A DNA stretch of 63,626 nucleotides, filler included, from Octopus bimaculoides (lineage: Eukaryota): the NCBI RefSeq assembly GCF_001194135.2. It is 9 parts of 7 records of this genome, joined end to end, with 100 filler letters (N's around TTAATTAATTAA, not from the genome) between each part and the next. Parts side by side here need not be neighbours in the genome. Positions count along the whole stretch, not along the records: positions 34,838 to 43,176 come from NC_068984.1; positions 43,277 to 52,569 come from NC_068991.1; 7 more parts are not named here. One strand, 5' to 3'. The notes under the pieces were generated by a model. That model made no database searches, was not told the origin of the DNA, and worked only from the letters and a program-made list of their open reading frames with translations. Both the position numbers and the translations under genes were made by a program. Of this stretch, positions 35,942 through 47,530 are shown piece by piece (position 1 is the first letter of the stretch; each line of letters opens with the position of its first letter).

Positions 35942-37001
35942 TAGGAAAATGAAAAAAAGCCAGAATGCTGAACTGGGAGCATAATTTAATAAAGATTTTT
36001 TCTAACCGGCTTTCATTGCGTTGAAGCAAATTATCAAGAAGAAGGAGAATGAAAATGTTTTTTTTACAAACAAGTACAAAAAAGTACAAAATGAAGAAAA
36101 TAATATATAAAACAATAATATATAAAAAAAAAAATATACCCATACATTATATTGTCTTTGAGCTTTTGTAGTTCAATAGTAGTTCATGTATAAATTGGTA
36201 GGAAAAATAAGGATGCATGANNNNNNNNNNNNNNNNNNNNNNNNNNNNNNNNNNNNNNNNNNNNNNNNNNNNNNNNNNNNNNNNNNNNNNNNNNNNNNNN
36301 NNNNNNNNNNNNNNNNNNNNNNNNNNNNNNNNNNNNNNNNNNNNNNNNNNNNNNNNNNNNNNNNNNNNNNNNNNNNNNNNNNNNNNNNNNNNNNNNNNNN
36401 NNNNNNNNNNNNNNNNNNNNNNNNNNNNNNNNNNNNNNNNNNNNNNNNNNNNNNNNNNNNNNNNNNNNNNNNNNNNNNNNNNNNNNNNNNNNNNNNNNNN
36501 NNNNNNNNNNNNNNNNNNNNNNNNNNNNNNNNNNNNNNNNNNNNNNNNNNNNNNNNNNNNNNNNNNNNNNNNNNNNNNNNNNNNNNNNNNNNNNNNNNNN
36601 NNNNNNNNNNNNNNNNNNNNNNNNNNNNNNNNNNNNNNNNNNNNNNNNNNNNNNNNNNNNNNNNNNNNNNNNNNNNNNNNNNNNNNNNNNNNNNNNNNNN
36701 NNNNNNNNNNNNNNNNNNNTCTCATGCATCCTTATTTTTCCTACCAATTTATACATGAACTACTATTGAACTACAAAAGCTCAAAGACAATATAATGTAT
36801 GGGTATATTTATTTTTTTTATATATTATTGTTTTATATATTATTTTCTTCATTTTGTACTCTTTTGTACTTCTTTGTAAAAAAAACATTTTCATTCTCCT
36901 TCTTCTTGATAATTTGCTTCAACGCAATGAAAGCCGGTTAGAAAAAATCTTTATTAAATTATGCTCCCAGTTCAGCATTCTGGCTTTTTTTCATTTTCCT
37001 A
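35942..37001. mobile_element. Element with ~280-bp terminal inverted repeats, centre in gap
   Basis: 35942-36220 is the reverse complement of 36721-37001, with a few substitutions; both ends (TA)GGAAAATGAAAAAAAGCC. Confidence 0.75.
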
Positions 37002-37199
37002 TATATATATATAAGACACCGTTGACATGTATACGTATACGATTTACATACACACATACACATGTGTGTGAATTGCTTGTGCGTTAACAATGCTTTGTAT
37101 CATTGCTATACTACGCTGCAGAATATACTCATATACATCATACATCTTGTCTTTACTTACATTGTCTTCGTGAGCACAAAATGGGAATTCAAGCGTACT

Positions 37200-37385
37200 A
37201 GTTTCAATCGCCGATACAGCTTGGCACCTGTGACGTCGCAACTCATTTCTACAGCTGAGTGAACTGGAACAACGTGAAATAAAGTGTCTTGCTCAAGAAC
37301 ACAACACGCAGCCCGGTCCAGAATTCGAACACACAACCTCACGGTCGTGAGCTCGACGCTCTAACCACTGAGCCATGCGCCTTCA
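37200..37385 (-). mobile_element. SINE family D (tRNA head + CORE-like block)
   Basis: rc GGCGCATGGCTCAGTGGTTAGAGC..GTTCGAATTC..GTGTTGTGTTCTTGAGCAAGACACTTTATTTCAC. Confidence 0.85.
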
Positions 37386-38316
37386 CAGGAGTTTCATTAG
37401 CGACTGAATATCCTCTTTAACTATCCACAGAGACACTGTAGACCTACTGTTATTTCAGTGTTGTATATTTGTATATATAACACATTCTTCATTGTTACTA
37501 AATCTTACTACAGTCATTGTCTGGTCAACAGTTGCAAGATGAGTGTAAACCCATTTACTAGGGCCATACACGTTACTTTAAAATGCTTTACTAAATAGGA
37601 GGACCTCACTTTCTCCATTGTCACTTTTCTTTCCAAGTGGAACCTGGAATAGTCAACGTGGGTTTGGCCGAAGAGTAACGTGTCTATCTTCACTTTCTTC
37701 AGTCACCTCCATCACACAAGCTTTTTCGCCATGGCCATAAGCCAGAATACTATTACCTGTCCTTCCAAATCAAAAAAACAAAAGTAGGGCGATTTTCATG
37801 ACAAATTCAGCCAATTGCTCTGATCTGCAACAGCAGGTGTTAGATAAAAATTCAAAATTAGCAATGCCTAGATAAAGAATTAGTCAGCTCAGAACGATTT
37901 CGTATTTCTGAGCACATTTTGGACAGATGTTACTGATGGCTCTTCCATGCCTATAAAAGTTAACCTCGAACCGGCAATACCTTCCACTAGTACTGCGAAG
38001 CTACGAATTTCTAGAAATGAACTATTGTCCCCGGGTGGAAATTCTCAGGAACAGGCCAGCCACTTAATTCTTGTCAATGTACAGAACACGCGGTCACTCT
38101 TCCTCATCACCAGTTTTCAGTAAAGTAGAAGTTGCACTGACTGTATTGCCCGACTGACAAAAAGATCTGAGCACATGACAGCGTTCCAGATGTCAGTTAC
38201 TAAATGTTGATTTTTTTGCATGATCCAGGACTAAAGCTCCGTCAAAGAAACGAGCTATGTAAAAAAACGTGCCTGATAAAAGAGTGGTTGCACCTTTTAT
38301 CTAACGGGTGTAGACG

Positions 38317-38842
38317 AATAGAGGCTTTAACGCTGTAGGTCACAGCCTATAAGAGGATTTCGGTGTGAGGTACCTTGTCCTGCCACTTGAGACCGAGGAT
38401 ACTTTGGAGCGTTCTGATGTGGAACGCTTCTAGTTGTTTGATCTGCTGTCGATAAAGGGTCCAACAGACAGACCTCTGCAGGAGAGTGGATACACAATCA
38501 GCTCGATAAACGGAGATTTTGTACTTGCTCTAAGGTTCTTGTTCCGAAAGACTCGTTCACTAGTCTCCCCAAAAATTCAGAGGCCGAGTATATCTATCGA
38601 AGTATCTTCGCATTAAGGAGTCTAATGTTAGAGATTGTTCTTCTAGTATAGCAGAATGAGTCCGCCTGAAGTAGAGGGGCATCATCAATAAGGACGGGTT
38701 GAGGAGGAGATGAGTACGGGAAGGTTGATTAGAGAACTTCAGTTTTTCGATGATTCACTTGAAGACCGAGCTGAGAATAAGTACTGTTCATTGAGTTTGA
38801 CATGTGTTGGAAAGAAGTGGGAGTCGGTGACAGATCAGACAA
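38317..38842 (-). mobile_element. RTE LINE ORF2 fragment (post-RT region)
   Basis: LGLQVNHRKTEV...RVFRNKNLRASTK...WTLYRQQIKQLEAFHIRTLQSILGLKWQDKVPHTEIL. Confidence 0.85.
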
Positions 38843-38843
38843 C

Positions 38844-39180
38844 TGGAAGAGGACAAGATGCCTCATACTGAAATCCTCTTAAGGGCTACGATCTGCAGCG
38901 CTGAGACCTACATCCTTCGTTGTCTTCTCCGCTGGGTTGGCCATGTGATTCGGATGCCAGGTAACCGACTCCCAAAGATGGTCCTCTTCAACGCGATCGA
39001 GACTGGAGGTAGGCCTCATGAACGTCCAAAACTTCGTTTACGTTATCATCTCCAGCGGTCTCTCATTTTTATTCGGTGCCCCTTCCGATCGGATGGAGGT
39101 CCTGACAGTTAATTGGATGGCACGGATATCCATGTTGCGATGCTGGAGTAGAACATTTTGAAACTGAATGCAAGAGAGAT
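38844..39180 (+). mobile_element. RTE LINE ORF2 C-terminal fragment
   Basis: DKMPHTEILLRATICSAETYILRCLLRWVGHVIRMPGNRLPKMVLF..GGRPHERPKLR. Confidence 0.85.
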
Positions 39181-40264
39181 GTTATCAACCCCTTGTAGCT
39201 GTTGTTCGGGGTCACTTTCAGTGCCCTCAGGGCCATATGATGTGCCTATCTTGTATCGGTCTTGAGAAACAATGTGCTGGAGACGTAAGGAGATGAATGT
39301 CCTGAATAGATGGGCTGTCATAAGCAAGCAGTAACATAAGCAAGTAAGCAAGTAATTTTAATTGATTAAAAAAGAAAAATGCTCTGCGACTCACTTTATT
39401 AACTATATATTTTTCGTGCAGAAGGTACACCTGGGAAATTTTTCACATCAATAGTAGAACTAGTAGTGGTTATCTGTTGTTGTTGTTGTTGCTGCCGGTG
39501 CTGCTGTTTTTGATCTCTTCAGTAAGTGCTTCAAATAACAATCTCAGAATGGGCAATTAATAAATTTTGTCACATTATCAATTCCTCAATAATGCGAATT
39601 CTAACAAAAAAAAAAGTATTAATAAAAAAGATAAATATCAGAATTACAGAACATCACAGATTTTCTTAGATTTCAATGGTGATTTTACTAATGAAAAAAA
39701 AAAATTAACAAAAAATAATTCACAATACGGTCTTTTAAAAATTATAGTCTGTTAATGTTTTTTTTTTTTCAAATCAAAAATAAAGATTTCAAGCGTGACG
39801 ATAAGAATACTAATTTTATAAAGTATCTCGTTTAATTCGACCCCTGTATTTTATTTTATCAACTCCATAAAGATAAAAAGAAAGATCTGACATTAGATGG
39901 ATTTGAACTCAGAACGCTACGAAATGCAACAAATAAATTGTATCCGGCGGTCTGCTACTTGCTCCATTCCACTGACAGTCAGTGTGGGTTGGTAACAATA
40001 GTTTACAACATCGGAACTCGGTCACAAAATTTGGGAAGGAGATGTTAATTGATTGAATCAAGCTCGGTACTTGAGTGGTAAATTAATGAAGAACCGAAGC
40101 CGGATGCAAGGCAAAAATTAACTTCGATGAGATTTGAGCTCAGAGCATAAGAGCCTGGACAAATACTACAACGAATTTTGGGCGGTGATTTGCCGATTCT
40201 ACCAATCTACCGTCTATGGCCATAAATTTGATGGTAATGATTCGTCGATTAAATTCACTGATTT

Positions 40265-40460
40265 GTTATTAATGTTGTTATTTAGTCCTGATTGATCGGA
40301 GATATGATCAAAGGCGTTCCACCCATAACCATCCCGTATTTCTGTTGAGCATCGAGTATCAAGAATTACATTACGTAATGTGCCATATGCTTCCCGTTTA
40401 TCAGGGTGCAGGCGTTAAGATGTAATTTACAGAAGATTTGGTTGCTACTTCGACCACGCT
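40265..40460 (-). mobile_element. Degenerate family E repeat
   Basis: TTGTTATTTAGTCC..TATGATCAAAGGCGTTCCA..GATTTGGTTGCTACTTC; similar to 7555-7760. Confidence 0.45.
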
Positions 40461-40590
40461 GGGCAACATCCACGTTGACTCAGGCCACTGGTATATTGCT
40501 CTTATGTTACTATATTTCTGCTGAAGTACACAGTCTTTGTTCCAATTAGCTTTGAAAATAACAAAGAATTCTTTAAAATAATGTTTTCAT

Positions 40591-41050
40591 TATTAAACTG
40601 CTGTAGGGTAGCGACCTGGCAGAATCGTTACCGCACCAGGTAAAATACTTTGCGGTATTTCGTCTGTCTTTAAGTTCTGAGTTCAAACTCTGCCGAGGTC
40701 GACTTTGTCTTTCATCTTTTCGGTGTTTATAAAATAATTACCAGCTGAGCACTGAGGTTGATGTAACCGACTTACTTCCTCCCCCGAAATTTCTGGCCTT
40801 GTGCCAAAATTTGAAACAATTATTACACTGCTGTAAGGCGGTGAGCTGTCAGAATCATTAATATAAAATGATTAGAGGTATCTCTACTGGCTCTTTTACG
40901 TTCTCAGCTCAAAGTCCGCCAAGGCCGACTTCGCTTTCGTCATTTTGGAGTCAATAAAATAAGTACCAGTTGAGCACTAGGGTCGATGTAATCGACTAAT
41001 CCCCTCCCTTTCAATTTGCTGGCCTTGTTCAAAAATTTGAAACCATCATT
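40591..41050 (+). mobile_element. Two tandem SINE A copies sharing the same 5' flank
   Basis: TATTA(A/C)ACTGCTGTA precedes both heads (40591 and 40821); both end GGCCTTGT..AAAATTTGAAAC. Confidence 0.85.
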
Positions 41051-41780
41051 AAGCTGGTGCTTAGAACATAAATTAGCATAACATTCTGATAGGTTTTAAT
41101 TACTAGCATTTTAAAACAGGGTACTTGCATCATACAAGTAAAGGCGGCTTTAAGCGGGTTGGAATCAGACGTGTTCCTTACCTAATTGAAGCAAAGTCGA
41201 TTAAAAAGTTACGCAACGTTCTCTTATTTCAATTGAATGACATAACTGGTTTCTTCAAGCAGAGTCCACAACACTTTCCAAAGAGGGTGATGTCGGTACC
41301 GATTCCTGTACCGTATATTCACTTATGCAATTCTACTTTATTATTACAACACTTTCGTTACATTACTTCTATATATTTCGTAATTTCTCACCTACGTCTT
41401 TACCATATATCTTCATTGCCGCTAGAACGAAAGCTCAACACTCAATCAAACTAATTTCTAACTTCTCTACCTATCAATAAGGTACCAATATTCTTTAGCT
41501 ATGAGAACATTGGGATCATAATGCTGTCAGTTACCATAGTTTAGAAATCGTAACTAACAATAGCAATACTTCCTGCTTTTAACAACCAGAACAGAAATTA
41601 TCCATGGCCAGTCTTTACAAGTTATAGACATTCACTAAATTTCATTACCAATTACTTCAGATGTTTCTAAACTCTTTAGGTTATATTAAGAAGTTTAACA
41701 ATCTTGACAGCATTCTCAAGTGAAATATATCCGAATAAAAGAACGACTTAATCTTAACCAGGTTCAGAGGTCTTTGTAAC

Positions 41781-41824
<44 letters not shown>

Positions 41825-41965
41825 ATTCTCTCTTTGTATATATCTATCGATCACCAACTATTTATCTACCTATCTATCTATATGAGTGTAGGCGTGCATA
41901 GATATGTCTCTCTATGTAGCATTAAGAAGGTAGAACGTATGCATTATTAAGTGCGTATCTTCGTA

Positions 41966-42342
41966 TGTGTGGAGGCGCAATGGCCCAGTGGTTAGGGCAG
42001 CGAACTCGCGGTCATAGGATCGCGGTTTCGATTCCCAGACCGGGCGTTATGAGTGTTTATTGAGCGAAAACACCTAAAGTTCCACGAGGCTCCAGCAGGG
42101 GATGGTGGCGAACCCTGCTGTACTCTTCCACCACAACTTTCTCTCACTCTTACTTCCTGTTGTGCTTGTAATTCAAAGGGTCAGCCTTGTCGCACTGTGT
42201 CACGCTGAATATCCCCGAGAACTACGTTAAGGGTACACGTGTCTGTGGAGTGCTCAGCCACTTGCACATTAATTTCACGAGCTGGCTGTTCCGTTGAACT
42301 GGAACCCTCGACCTCGTAAGCGACGGAGTGCCAACAACAACA
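41966..42342 (+). mobile_element. Young full-length SINE C ending in (AAC)n
   Basis: A box TGGCCCAGTGG, B box GGTTTCGATTCC, core as 14645-14988, tail GGAGTGCCAACAACAAC. Confidence 0.9.
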
Positions 42343-42596
42343 ATCTTCGTATGTATATCTGTGTGTTTTATGTTTGTTACATTTTTCTTTATATTTTTTA
42401 AATTCTTCTTACAAGGAAAGAGCCTTAGCCTGGTGGTAGTGATTTACTAGACGACAGATTCAATCTACTGCTTGACTGTACCGATGTGCATGTGATGTGA
42501 TGTGTGTGTGTGCGTGTGTGTGTGTACTTGCATACACATATCGTGGATTCTCTTATTGTGAACGACAAATGAGGGTTCAGTAAAATAAACCATTAA

Positions 42597-42932
42597 TCAT
42601 GTTCTATGGACACGAATGTGTCTCTTGAGGCTTGTTGGTGCCTTGCAAGCCTTTTGGCAAATGAAACAACTTGAGGACTCGATTTGCTGGAGTGCTTGGA
42701 GATCATTTACTGGGTGTTTTCTTGAATGGACTGCAAGTCCTGCTTTGCTTCGTGCCACAAAACCACAATGACAGGTAAGGTTTCCATTTAGAGGAGCAGT
42801 CTTTTGCCATCGTGCCTTCATGCTTGCACCAAGTTGGTTCTGGTGTCGGAGTCGACTTGGCTCAAATTTTTGAACTGAGGAGAAGCAGGACTGGCGCCAT
42901 CTCCTGCGTTCTGATGATTTGTTTTCCCATGT
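42597..42932 (-). mobile_element. RTE LINE ORF2 C-terminus with two C2H2-type zinc fingers
   Basis: WENKSSERRRWRQSCFSSVQKFE (RTE WExxAxDRxxWR motif), then CHCGFVARSKAGLAVHSRKH and CFICQKACKAPTSLKRHIRVH. Confidence 0.75.
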
Positions 42933-43275
42933 CATCAATTTCAACCATCCCAGAAAAACAGCCTTTTCTTTTCTCTCTCTAATCAATCCTCCAAAACTGC
43001 CCTACACTTATATACTTACACGCAAATACACACGTAGACATATATATTCAAAATAACAAAAAAAATAAAAAACATCTCATTCACTCCCGAAGTATTCTCT
43101 TTCCGGAAAACGAGACAAGAAAAGGTATTCAACTCCGGATATCTTTCAAATAACTCATATATGTATATATATATATNNNNNNNNNNNNNNNNNNNNNNNN
43201 NNNNNNNNNNNNNNNNNNNNTTAATTAATTAANNNNNNNNNNNNNNNNNNNNNNNNNNNNNNNNNNNNNNNNNNN

Positions 43276-43400
43276 NAAAAGAGTCAGATAGAATAAGTAC
43301 TAGGCTTACAAAGAATAAGTCCTGTAATCGACTTGTTCGATTAAAGGCGGTGCTCCGGTATGGCCGCAGTCAAATGACTGAAACAAATAAAAGAATAAAA

Positions 43401-43405
<5 letters not shown>
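43276..43405 (+). mobile_element. SINE B tail
   Basis: GATAGAATAAGTACTAGGCTTACAAAGAATAAGTCC..GACTGAAACAA. Confidence 0.85.
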
Positions 43406-43441
<36 letters not shown>

Positions 43442-43550
43442 GAGAGAGAGAGGGGGGGAGAAAGAGAAATAATATATAGATACATACATAGATACATACT
43501 TAAATACATATATACAATATATGTATGCATGGATGAATGTATAGATTTGC

Positions 43551-43581
<31 letters not shown>

Positions 43582-44391
43582 TGTGTATGTATGTATGTGT
43601 ATGTATGTATGTATGTATGTATGTATGTATGTATGTGTGTGTATGTATGTATGTATGTATGTATATACGTACTTGTGTACGTACGGAGCAGCGGTATTTA
43701 ATCCTTATAGAACGTGAAAATGCGATCAGAAATAATATAAAGTTCCAATATCTTATTCTGAAGAAAATAAATAAAATGGTAATTCCTGAGATCCTTGCTC
43801 TCAAATTGCAAATTTTGGACATTATTCACATTACAACTGTTTCGAAGAAGAACTCGCATCCTCCAGAAAAAGAAATACAAAATAGCTTCTTTTTTATTTA
43901 CTTTTTATTTTTGTCCTGGTCAGTCTTATGTTTCATCGAGCGAACACAATGATAAACACTTATAAGTACATAGATATAAGTAAGTACGTATGCTTATACA
44001 CGTGTGCGCGCATCTATGCATGCATCTGTGTGTGTGTGTCTTGTGTGTGTGCGTGCGCGTCCTAGATACGCAAGGAAGAAGAGGAGGCCCAGTGAATTCT
44101 GTCACTCTATTTCTAAAACTTTTAATGTTTTAAGTCTCAGATTTTCCGAATAACTTGAGTTTCGTCACTGAGATTTTGTCACAAATATCACGCCATTTGA
44201 TACATTTTAGTCGACCTTACACCTAATGTTGGCCCCTCAAACATATTTCCTTGTATCAAAAATTCCTCCAAAAGTATTTGAACTCGAATGCTTAGAATGT
44301 TTGTAAATCTAGAAAATAGGGACAAAAGAAATAAGAAATACATAAAACTAAATTGAATTATAAGATAAAAAGATATTTCTATCTATTCACA

Positions 44392-44740
44392 GCCATGGCT
44401 GTATGGTAAGAAACTTGCTTTCCAGCCACATGATCCTGGGTTCAATGCCACTGCGTGGTTCCTTCCTACTTTGGTTCAGGCCGATCAAAACCTTGTGAGT
44501 GGATTTGGTAGATGGAAATTGAATGAAGCCCGTCGTTTATATCTATATATATTTGTGTGTGTGTGTGACTGTGTTAGACCGTTTGATAAGTGGTGTTGGT
44601 GTATTTACGCCCCCGTAGCCTAGCGGTTCGGTAAAAGAGTAAGTACCAGGCTTAAAAAAAGTACTTGGGTCGATTCATTCGACTAAAAATTCTTCAAGAC
44701 GGTACCCCAATCTAATGACTGAAACAAGTAAAAGATAAAA
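44392..44740 (+). mobile_element. SINE B full copy (diverged)
   Basis: Head GGCTGTATGGTAAGAAACTTGC, core CCTTGTGAGTGGATTTGGTAGA, tail. Confidence 0.8.
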
Positions 44741-44934
44741 AAATAAAATATTTCAGTTGTTGCTATTTTTGTTTTTCGGGTTGCATGCGATAATCGTAGA
44801 GAAAGAGTGCGCTTCCTCGATGAAACGAGACAACGAGTTACGTTTTTCAGAAAAATTATAAATAAAAGGCAGGTTAATTCCGTTTGCCAAGAATTTATAC
44901 CAATATCATTTAGAATGAATAATAATAACCCTTT

Positions 44935-45340
44935 TTTTTTATTTTGGCATAAGGCCAGTAAATCTGGAGGGGGTTCGATGTAACTGGTACTTATTTTATC
45001 GACTCAAAAAGGATGAAAATCAGAATCAACTTCGGAATTAGAAGTCAGAACATAAAGACGGGCGAAACGCTGCCTAGCATTTTGACCGCCTGCAAACAAT
45101 TCTGCCATTTCACTGTCTTCAGTACAAGAATTATCTTATCGTTTCTTTCACTTGTTTCGGTCATAAGACTGCGGTCACGCTGGGGCTCCACTAGGAAGAA
45201 TTTAATCGAATGAATCGACTGCAATACTTTTTTTTGTAAGACTGATTCTTATTTTGTCTGTCTGTACGGTCGAAATGCTAAAGGATGTAAACACACCAAC
45301 ACTGTTGTCATGCAGTGCTGGACAAATACAGATACAAAGA
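44935..45340 (-). mobile_element. SINE A copy followed by SINE B tail
   Basis: AACTGGTACTTATTTTATCGAC..AGGATGAAA (44935-45110); TTGTTTCGGTCATAAGACTGCGGTCA.. tail (45140-45340). Confidence 0.7.
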
Positions 45341-45355
45341 CACACACATATACAC

Positions 45356-45444
<89 letters not shown>

Positions 45445-45701
45445 GGTCACAAAAGTGACAGAGGGTACTGACTAGCATTATTATTGCTAGAAAGAAAAGT
45501 TAAAACAACTCAAAAGCCACAGAGCACTATCTTAATGACTGACAAAGTCCCCAGCGTCTATAGTCGGATCGACAATTTGGGATCTTGATGTAGACCATCT
45601 TAATCCTCATCAGCGACCCTTAACACCTAGGGTTAAACTCTACCTCTGTCAGTCATATAAGAAAAACTGTTGAAAACATGTGCTGATTTTCGAGTAAAGC
45701 G

Positions 45702-45990
45702 GTTGAAAAACTCACCAAGTACTCCGAATTGAAAGTGGAAATGGCAAGACTGTATGGAATGCGAGAGGATAATGTAAAAGTGATACCAGTGGTGATCAGA
45801 ACGTTGGGCTCAACCTGATTGAAACTCCAAAACTTCTTAAGGCAACTAGAAATCCCATGCAGGATTGGTATCTTGCAAAAAGCATCCTTATTGGGCACAG
45901 CGCACATCTTAAGTAAAGTATTATATGTCTGAAGTCTTTGTTGTGACTTGACAGATCACTAAAGACTCCGATGCATTTTTACCTACACTA
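45702..45990 (+). mobile_element. R4/Dong-like (restriction-like endonuclease) non-LTR retrotransposon 3' end followed by (TAA)n
   Basis: EKLTKYSELKVEMARLYG...KVIPVVIRTLG..*..LQKASLLGTAHILSKVL; (TAA)n at ~46007-46068. Confidence 0.8.
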
Positions 45991-46007
45991 TGTTACGAAG
46001 GAATAAT

Positions 46008-46067
<60 letters not shown>

Positions 46068-46069
<2 letters not shown>

Positions 46070-46302
46070 GCAACGGACCATGATAAAACGATGGCAAGAA
46101 AAGCCCCTACATGGTAAATACTGGGCTAAACTAAATGCGAAAGAAATAGACAGAGAAAAATCCCAGCAATGGCTGAGAAGCTCAGGACTCAAAGCAGAGA
46201 CTGAAAGATTTTTAATTGCTGCACAAGACCAGAGCCTCCCCACCAGCAATTACCAAAAACACATAATGAAAAGAAATATAACAAGTAACTGTAGAATATG
46301 TG
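46068..46302 (+). mobile_element. Second, 5'-truncated R4/Dong-like fragment starting directly after (TAA)n, cut by gap
   Basis: KRWQEKPLHGKY...QQWLRSSGLKAETERFLIAAQDQSLPT.NY...NCRIC (start of CCHC knuckle). Confidence 0.85.
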
Positions 46303-47287
46303 NNNNNNNNNNNNNNNNNNNNNNNNNNNNNNNNNNNNNNNNNNNNNNNNNNNNNNNNNNNNNNNNNNNNNNNNNNNNNNNNNNNNNNNNNNNNNNNNNN
46401 NNNNNNNNNNNNNNNNNNNNNNNNNNNNNNNNNNNNNNNNNNNNNNNNNNNNNNNNNNNNNNNNNNNNNNNNNNNNNNNNNNNNNNNNNNNNNNNNNNNN
46501 NNNNNNNNNNNNNNNNNNNNNNNNNNNNNNNNNNNNNNNNNNNNNNNNNNNNNNNNNNNNNNNNNNNNNNNNNNNNNNNNNNNNNNNNNNNNNNNNNNNN
46601 NNNNNNNNNNNNNNNNNNNNNNNNNNNNNNNNNNNNNNNNNNNNNNNNNNNNNNNNNNNNNNNNNNNNNNNNNNNNNNNNNNNNNNNNNNNNNNNNNNNN
46701 NNNNNNNNNNNNNNNNNNNNNNNNNNNNNNNNNNNNNNNNNNNNNNNNNNNNNNNNNNNNNNNNNNNNNNNNNNNNNNNNNNNNNNNNNNNNNNNNNNNN
46801 NNNNNNNNNNNNNNNNNNNNNNNNNNNNNNNNNNNNNNNNNNNNNNNNNNNNNNNNNNNNNNNNNNNNNNNNNNNNNNNNNNNNNNNNNNNNNNNNNNNN
46901 NNNNNNNNNNNNNNNNNNNNNNNNNNNNNNNNNNNNNNNNNNNNNNNNNNNNNNNNNNNNNNNNNNNNNNNNNNNNNNNNNNNNNNNNNNNNNNNNNNNN
47001 NNNNNNNNNNNNNNNNNNNNNNNNNNNNNNNNNNNNNNNNNNNNNNNNNNNNNNNNNNNNNNNNNNNNNNNNNNNNNNNNNNNNNNNNNNNNNNNNNNNN
47101 NNNNNNNNNNNNNNNNNNNNNNNNNNNNNNNNNNNNNNNNNNNNNNNNNNNNNNNNNNNNNNNNNNNNNNNNNNNNNNNNNNNNNNNNNNNNNNNNNNNN
47201 NNNNNNNNNNNNNNNNNNNNNNNNNNNNNNNNNNNNNNNNNNNNNNNNNNNNNNNNNNNNNNNNNNNNNNNNNNNNNNNNNNNNNNN

Positions 47288-47326
47288 ACCATTCTGCTAA
47301 CTCACCGCCTCATAATAATGATGATG

Positions 47327-47418
<92 letters not shown>

Positions 47419-47530
47419 TCATAGGCACAAGGCCTGAATTTTTTTTCCTTTTGGTGGTTGGACAAGTCCTTTATATCGACCCAGTGCTCAACTGGTACTT
47501 ATTTCGTCGATCCTGAAAGGATGAAAGGCA
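47288..47530 (-). mobile_element. SINE A 3' part with (ATT)n tail abutting the head of another SINE A
   Basis: 47420-47530 rc tail/core; (TAA)n 47304-47418; rc AGGCGGTGAGTTAGCAGAATGG at 47288-47309. Confidence 0.75.

Noticed and set aside
37528-38290. Unique, moderately GC-rich stretch that reads plausibly if stops are replaced by Trp
   Set aside because: Stops occur at about random density; it shows how easily the stop-to-Trp reading misleads
41121-41288. + strand exon candidate YLHHTSKGGFKRVG...HFPKR
   Set aside because: Weak donor, a competing donor on the other strand, no homology recognised
41966-42045. tRNA-like sequences with A and B boxes (also 14645, 37310-37385, 60130-60212)
   Set aside because: They continue into SINE bodies and lack a proper cloverleaf and acceptor stem: SINE heads, not tRNA genes
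47304-47418. (TAA)n as the 3' tail of the second R4-like element spanning the gap
   Set aside because: It is flanked by minus-strand SINE A sequence on both sides, so it is better explained as a SINE A tail
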